Shown here piece after piece: positions 59,400-64,000 of a DNA stretch of 64,000 nt. The translations under genes were made by a program, and so were the position numbers. The DNA comes from Candidatus Curtissbacteria bacterium RIFCSPHIGHO2_01_FULL_41_11 (GTDB lineage Bacteria > Patescibacteriota > Microgenomatia > Curtissbacterales > GWA2-41-24). Numbering within the stretch: position 1 is the stretch's first letter; each line of letters begins with the position of its first letter. The notes below the pieces were generated by a model. That model ran no database searches and had not been told where the DNA came from. It was given only the letters and a program-made list of their open reading frames with translations. The stretch lies in NCBI GenBank assembly GCA_001776335.1, contig MFAZ01000043.1, positions 3,984-67,983 on the forward strand. The letters run 5' to 3'.

Positions 59400-62300
59400 T
59401 TACGATTCTTTAATTCTAGCTCTTTCCGCACTGGAGGGGATAAGACGGCCAATTATAACGTTCTCTTTGAGACCCAGAAGTTGGTCGGTTTTGCCTTCGA
59501 TTGCAGCATCAGTTAGCACGTGCGTTGTCTCCTGGAAGGAGGCTGCTGAAAGGAAGCTTTCGGTATAGAGTGCTGCGCGAGTGATACCCAGAATCACGAT
59601 TTGGGCGGTTGCGGGTTCTCCACCCTCTGCAAGAATCTTGGAGTTTTCCTGCTCGAATCTGTGTTTATCTACAAGCTCACCTGGTAGAAGTGCAGTGTCG
59701 CCCGAGGATTCTATTCTGACTTTTTCGCTCATTTTTCTGACTATAACCTCGAAATGTTTGTCGTTAATTGGGACGCCCTGACTTTCGTAAACTTCCTGAG
59801 CGCCTTCAATGACGTATCTTTGTGCGCTTCTGAGGCCAGAAATTGAAAGGATTTCTTTAACATCAAGATATCCTGACGAAAGAGAGGTTCCTGCTGTAAT
59901 TTGATCGCCATCTGCAACTGTTAATTCCGAAGTAGGCGGAATGAAATATTCTTTCTCGACCGGTGGTTTAAGATTGGTACTTCTAACTTTGACTACATAA
60001 CCTTCTGCTGTTTCTTCGACGCTTACTTTGCCGGTTATTTCTGAAATTTTAGCCGCAAATTTTGGAGTTCGAGCCTCGAAAAGCTCTTCGACACGAGGAA
60101 GGCCTTGAGTAATATCAAGACCAACGATTCCACCTGTGTGGAAAGTTCTCATGGTAAGCTGCGTTCCGGGTTCACCAATAGATTGTGCCGCAATTACGCC
60201 AACCGGCGTACCGATAGTAACTTTTTGTCTTGTTGCGAGATCGCGTCCATAGCAGTTTGCGCAAAGACCATATTTTGCTTCGCAAGTTAATATTGATCTT
60301 ACAGTCACTTCCTCTATTCCCGCTTTTTCAATCGCCTCAGCCTTTTCTTCGGTTATTTCTTCTCCGGCTGTGACTATGGGTTTTTTGCCCTTTGGCCCGA
60401 TATCAACTGCTGCGATTCTGCCGGTAATTCTCAGTGTGAAGAGAGCCTGACGTTTATCGTGCTTTGAAACCAACAGTCCGAGTTTAGTGTCACAATCTTC
60501 GGTTCTGATGATTGCGTCATGAGCAACATCGACAAGACGACGGGTGAGGTAACCGGATTCGGCAGTTTTAATCGCCCGGTCAGCCAAACCTTTTCGGGCA
60601 CCACGAGCTGATGTGAAGTATTCAAAAACAGAAAGTCCTTCACGGAAGTTTGATTTAACAGGAAGGGGCACGATTTGCCCTGAAGGATCCGTTACTAAAC
60701 CTCTAATTGCAGCAAGTTGTTTGATCTGTTCCGCTGTTGCACGGGATCCGCCGGAATCAGAAATAATTTTGATGGCGTTTGTGAGCGGCAGGCTTCTCCA
60801 AGTAAGGTCTGCCAGTTCGTTGGTTGTTGAAAGCCAGACTTCCTGGGAGAGTCTCCTTTCCTCTTCTCTTGTTATAAGGCCCATCTTAAAGTTCTTTTCG
60901 ATGTTTTTAACTTCTTTTTCCGCCTTTTGAATAATTTCCTGTTTGTTTGGGACAATCATACAGTCAAAAACCGATACCGAAAGACCGGAAAATGTGGCAC
61001 CTTCGAAACCCAGAGTCTTAAGCCTGTCTATAAGTTCAATTACCTGGTCTTCTGTCAAAAAGTCGACGCTTTTGCCAATTATCTTTTTAATTGCCGATGC
61101 TGAGACTGCGTCGTTTATAAAGCGGAGAGACTCCGGAATCTGCATATTAAAAATAACTCTTCCGGCAGAAGTATCCAGAATGTCTTTTTTGATTTTGACT
61201 TTGATTGGCTGGCGCATGCTAATTTTGGCGGTGTTAACTGCCAGAACAACTTCTTCTTCGCTTTGAAATACGTTTTCTACCGATTCTTTGGTGGAGTCAA
61301 TTGAAGTCAGGTAGTAAATTCCAAGAGCCATTTCTTTGTTGGGTAAAGTGATTGGTGATCCGTCAGCCGGACGAAGCAAGTTTCTGCCGGCCATCATCAA
61401 GCCAATTGCTTCCTCCTGGGATTTTTCAGAAAGAGGGACATGAACTGCCATTTGGTCACCGTCGAAATCGGCGTTGAAACCGGCGCAAATACAAGGATGA
61501 ATTCTAATTGCATCGCCTTCGATTAATATCGGATAGAAGGCTTGAATGCCTAATCTGTGTAGGGTAGGAGCGCGGTTGAGAAGTACCGGGTGATTTTTGG
61601 TAATTTCTTCCAAAATATCCCAGACTTCTCCGCTTCTTCTTTCCAAAAAGTGTTTTGCGCTTTTAACGTTTGGTGCAAATCCGCGGTTTATGACTTCGCG
61701 CAGAACAAATGGCTTAAACATTTCAAGAGCCATTTCTTTGGGTATACCGGTTTGGTTAAGATTGAGTTCGGGACCAACGACAATTACAGAACGACCTGAA
61801 TAGTCAACACGTTTCCCGAGCAGGTTTTGCCTGAATCTTCCCTGTTTCCCACGAAGCATGTCGGAAAGAGACCTTAGTTCTTGTGAAGCTCTGGTTGTCT
61901 TAACTTTTTGAGAATCTATTAGGGCATCTACCGCTTCCTGGAGCATTCTTTTTTCATTTCGAAGAATGATTTCCGGTGCTCCAAGCTCGATAAGTTTTTT
62001 GAGCCTGTTATTTCTGTTTATAACCCTTCGGTAAAGATCGTTAAGATCCGACGTCGCAAACCTACCACCGGAAAGCTGAACCATGGGTCTTAGGTCCGGT
62101 GGCAAAACCGGAAGGGTTTTTATAACCATCCAGGTTGGAGCGATGCCTGCTTTTCGCATCCCCTCGACAACGCGGAGTTTTTTAGCGGCTTTAATGTATT
62201 TTTGTCCGGTAGCTTTTGTGAGTTCCTGCCTAAGCTGTGCTGCCGAATTTGCCAGATCTACTTTTTCCAAAACTGCCAAAACAGCCTCCGCTCCCATGCC

Positions 62301-63089
62301 AACTTTAATGAATTCGTCTGCATTGTAGTCGCCTAGTTTGAAATATTCTTCTTCTGATAGAAGATCCAGGGGCTTTATAGATTTAACAAGGTTCGTGATA
62401 TTTTTGTAGATTTCTTCCAGTCTTGAAAGTTCTTTTGCGTTTTCGTCACGCATCATAGCTGTTTTGTGACGCATCACAAGTTGTGCTTCTTCTATTTTTA
62501 GATCTGACTGTTCTTTTGGACCTGTTTTTTTGGCTTTTATTACGGTGATCTCTTTTTTGCTTTCCGCTTCCAACTCTTCGATTCTCTTTTTGAGAAGGTT
62601 TTGTTGTTCTTTGCTTTTTTGAGCCAATTCGTTTTCTAAACCTTTTAAGACTGCTTTTCTCTTCTCCTCGTCGACTTCGATTACAATGTAGGATGCGAAG
62701 TAAATAACCGCATCAAGGCTTCTTGGCGAAACGTCCAAGAGAAGACCAAGTTTGGAAGGGCTTCCTTTGAAGAACCAGTTGTGGACAACAGGTGCGGCCA
62801 GAGTGATGTGGCCCATTCTTTCTCTTCGGACCCTGGATTGGGTTACTTCAACACCACATTTATCACAAATTATTCCTCGGTATCTGATTCTTTTATATTT
62901 TCCACAGTAACATTCCCAATCCTTTGTAGGTCCAAAAATACGTTCGTCAAAAAGACCATCTTTTTCCGGCTTAAGGGTTCTGTAATTTATTGTTTCGGGC
63001 TTGGTAACTTCTCCAAAAGACCAGGTTTTAATGTCATCGCCTGAGGCTATTGTAAGTTTTAATGCTTCAAAATCTACTAATTCGTTAAT
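59400..63089 (-). CDS. rpoC: RNA polymerase beta' subunit (probable ATT start at 63089)
   Basis: NADFDGD catalytic motif. The frame extends 91 codons upstream of the ORF-track Met through NELVDF..WSFGEVTKPETINYRT..CYC..CDKC. No NTG occurs before the in-frame TGA at 63168. Confidence 0.95.
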   Translation of the reverse strand: MNELVDFEALKLTIASGDDIKTWSFGEVTKPETINYRTLKPEKDGLFDERIFGPTKDWECYCGKYKRIRYRGIICDKCGVEVTQSRVRRERMGHITLAAPVVHNWFFKGSPSKLGLLLDVSPRSLDAVIYFASYIVIEVDEEKRKAVLKGLENELAQKSKEQQNLLKKRIEELEAESKKEITVIKAKKTGPKEQSDLKIEEAQLVMRHKTAMMRDENAKELSRLEEIYKNITNLVKSIKPLDLLSEEEYFKLGDYNADEFIKVGMGAEAVLAVLEKVDLANSAAQLRQELTKATGQKYIKAAKKLRVVEGMRKAGIAPTWMVIKTLPVLPPDLRPMVQLSGGRFATSDLNDLYRRVINRNNRLKKLIELGAPEIILRNEKRMLQEAVDALIDSQKVKTTRASQELRSLSDMLRGKQGRFRQNLLGKRVDYSGRSVIVVGPELNLNQTGIPKEMALEMFKPFVLREVINRGFAPNVKSAKHFLERRSGEVWDILEEITKNHPVLLNRAPTLHRLGIQAFYPILIEGDAIRIHPCICAGFNADFDGDQMAVHVPLSEKSQEEAIGLMMAGRNLLRPADGSPITLPNKEMALGIYYLTSIDSTKESVENVFQSEEEVVLAVNTAKISMRQPIKVKIKKDILDTSAGRVIFNMQIPESLRFINDAVSASAIKKIIGKSVDFLTEDQVIELIDRLKTLGFEGATFSGLSVSVFDCMIVPNKQEIIQKAEKEVKNIEKNFKMGLITREEERRLSQEVWLSTTNELADLTWRSLPLTNAIKIISDSGGSRATAEQIKQLAAIRGLVTDPSGQIVPLPVKSNFREGLSVFEYFTSARGARKGLADRAIKTAESGYLTRRLVDVAHDAIIRTEDCDTKLGLLVSKHDKRQALFTLRITGRIAAVDIGPKGKKPIVTAGEEITEEKAEAIEKAGIEEVTVRSILTCEAKYGLCANCYGRDLATRQKVTIGTPVGVIAAQSIGEPGTQLTMRTFHTGGIVGLDITQGLPRVEELFEARTPKFAAKISEITGKVSVEETAEGYVVKVRSTNLKPPVEKEYFIPPTSELTVADGDQITAGTSLSSGYLDVKEILSISGLRSAQRYVIEGAQEVYESQGVPINDKHFEVIVRKMSEKVRIESSGDTALLPGELVDKHRFEQENSKILAEGGEPATAQIVILGITRAALYTESFLSAASFQETTHVLTDAAIEGKTDQLLGLKENVIIGRLIPSSAERARIKES

Positions 63090-63198
63090 TTCTCCAAGGG
63101 GACACCAGGGTTTCCCCTTGGTATTCCTCTTCCTCCATAGGATAATTTTGAACTGGCGGAGCCAGATTCAAAATTAATTTTATTTTTATAATTTTCAT
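63085..63198 (-). repeat. Structured element E5 (rpoB-rpoC) spanned by a 37-aa mini-ORF
   Basis: AATTTTGAATCTGGC-TCC-GCCAGTTCAAAATT ... GGAAGAGGAATA-CCAAGGGGAAACC-CT-GGTGTCCCCTTGG. ORF is [37 protein letters not shown]. Confidence 0.85.
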
Positions 63199-63201
63199 TG
63201 T

Positions 63202-64000
63202 TTATTGCTCCAGTTCCATTGGACTGCTCGGTTTTGCGATGTCGGCTTCTGACGCAACGATTTCTGCACCAGAGACTGCAGCGAACTCTTTTGCCTTTTC
63301 CATATCAGCTTCGGTTTTTGCAGTTTCGGTTTCTTCTACAGTTTTTGCACCAATTGTTTGAACGTTTAGAGATAAACTGTTGAGCTCTTTAACCAAAACT
63401 TTGAATGATTCGGGGATTAGGGCCTGGGGAATTTCGGTTCCTTTGATGATTGCCTCAAATGCTTTTGCTCTGCCCACTACATCATCCGATTTTATGGTTA
63501 ACATTTCCTGTAGAGTGTAGGCTGCTCCATAAGCTTCAAGAGCCCAGACCTCCATTTCTCCAAGTCTTTGACCACCCATTTGAGCTTTTCCTCCCAACGG
63601 TTGCTGGGTAATAAGAGAGTATGGACCTGTTGATCTTGCGTGCGTTTTGTCCTCGACCATGTGGATAAGTTTCATAATGTATCCTTGACCTACAACAATC
63701 GGCCTATCGAAGGGGAGACCTGTTCTTCCGTCGTAGAGAACCATTCGCCCGTCTTGTGGAAGACCAGCAGATTTAAGTTCTGAAACTATTTTTTCTTCCT
63801 CAATGTGCTCGAATACCGGGAGAGCTACTTTGTAATTTAAGTTGCTTAAAGCAATTCCAAGATGAGCTTCTAAAAGTTGTCCGAGGTTCATTCGAGAAAG
63901 AACCGAAAGCGGGCTGATTATGATGTCGATTTGGGTTCCATCAGAAAGATAAGGCATGTCTGCAGCAGGAATTATTTTTGAAATAACACCTTTATTGCCG
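63202..64000 (-). CDS. rpoB: RNA polymerase beta subunit, 3' part
   Basis: [48 protein letters not shown]. Confidence 0.98.
   Translation of the reverse strand, partial: GNKGVISKIIPAADMPYLSDGTQIDIIISPLSVLSRMNLGQLLEAHLGIALSNLNYKVALPVFEHIEEEKIVSELKSAGLPQDGRMVLYDGRTGLPFDRPIVVGQGYIMKLIHMVEDKTHARSTGPYSLITQQPLGGKAQMGGQRLGEMEVWALEAYGAAYTLQEMLTIKSDDVVGRAKAFEAIIKGTEIPQALIPESFKVLVKELNSLSLNVQTIGAKTVEETETAKTEADMEKAKEFAAVSGAEIVASEADIAKPSSPMELEQ

Noticed and set aside
59400-62816. rpoC as a truncated gene or pseudogene starting at 62816
   Set aside because: The conserved N-terminus and Zn ribbon are intact in frame upstream; only the start codon is atypical.
41658-63178. Repeated element read as a CRISPR array, intrinsic terminators or a hammerhead ribozyme
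   Set aside because: Copies are single and kilobases apart; the hairpins lack a sense-strand U-tract; TTGATGAG and GAAA in E4 do not form a hammerhead core and are absent from the other copies.
41654-63198. Mini-ORFs as one conserved small-protein family
   Set aside because: The shared GGAATA block is read in three different frames and E2 has no start, so the similarity is explained at the DNA level.
322-63383. Many 60-160 aa ORF-track entries antisense to or nested in recognised genes
   Set aside because: Shadow frames of well-conserved genes with no independent motifs.

Overview
AT-rich bacterial chromosomal window, almost entirely transcribed on the minus strand. Gene content points to a Patescibacteria (CPR), Microgenomates-like genome; this is an inference from the absence of rpmD/L30, CPR-style palindromic repeats and a sortase with a VLG-type substrate. 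From right to left it holds: the rpoB(3' part)-rpoC-str-S10-spc-alpha-rplM/rpsI superoperon; tRNA-Pro; recA-recX-rny-HU; dgkA-miaB; two GT-C glycosyltransferases; miaA; RNase P RNA; a 15-gene purine cluster with two archaeal-type PurP paralogs; a nuclease; a sortase and its substrate; comM; and metal-transport genes. The unusual signal is non-coding. (1) A six-copy, covarying two-hairpin element sits in sense orientation just before rpoC, rpsL, rpsG, rplD, rpsN and infA. (2) Several structured spacers are spanned by 29-56 aa mini-ORFs that start at or near the upstream stop and, in four cases, end at the downstream start. (3) rpoC has no NTG start and apparently begins at an ATT that overlaps such a mini-ORF's stop. 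(4) comM and fusA are each followed by a REP-like hairpin fused to a synonymously diverged relic copy of the gene's own 3' end. (5) REP-like palindromes are inserted in-frame in proteins and in RNase P RNA. All alignments and folds were done by eye.
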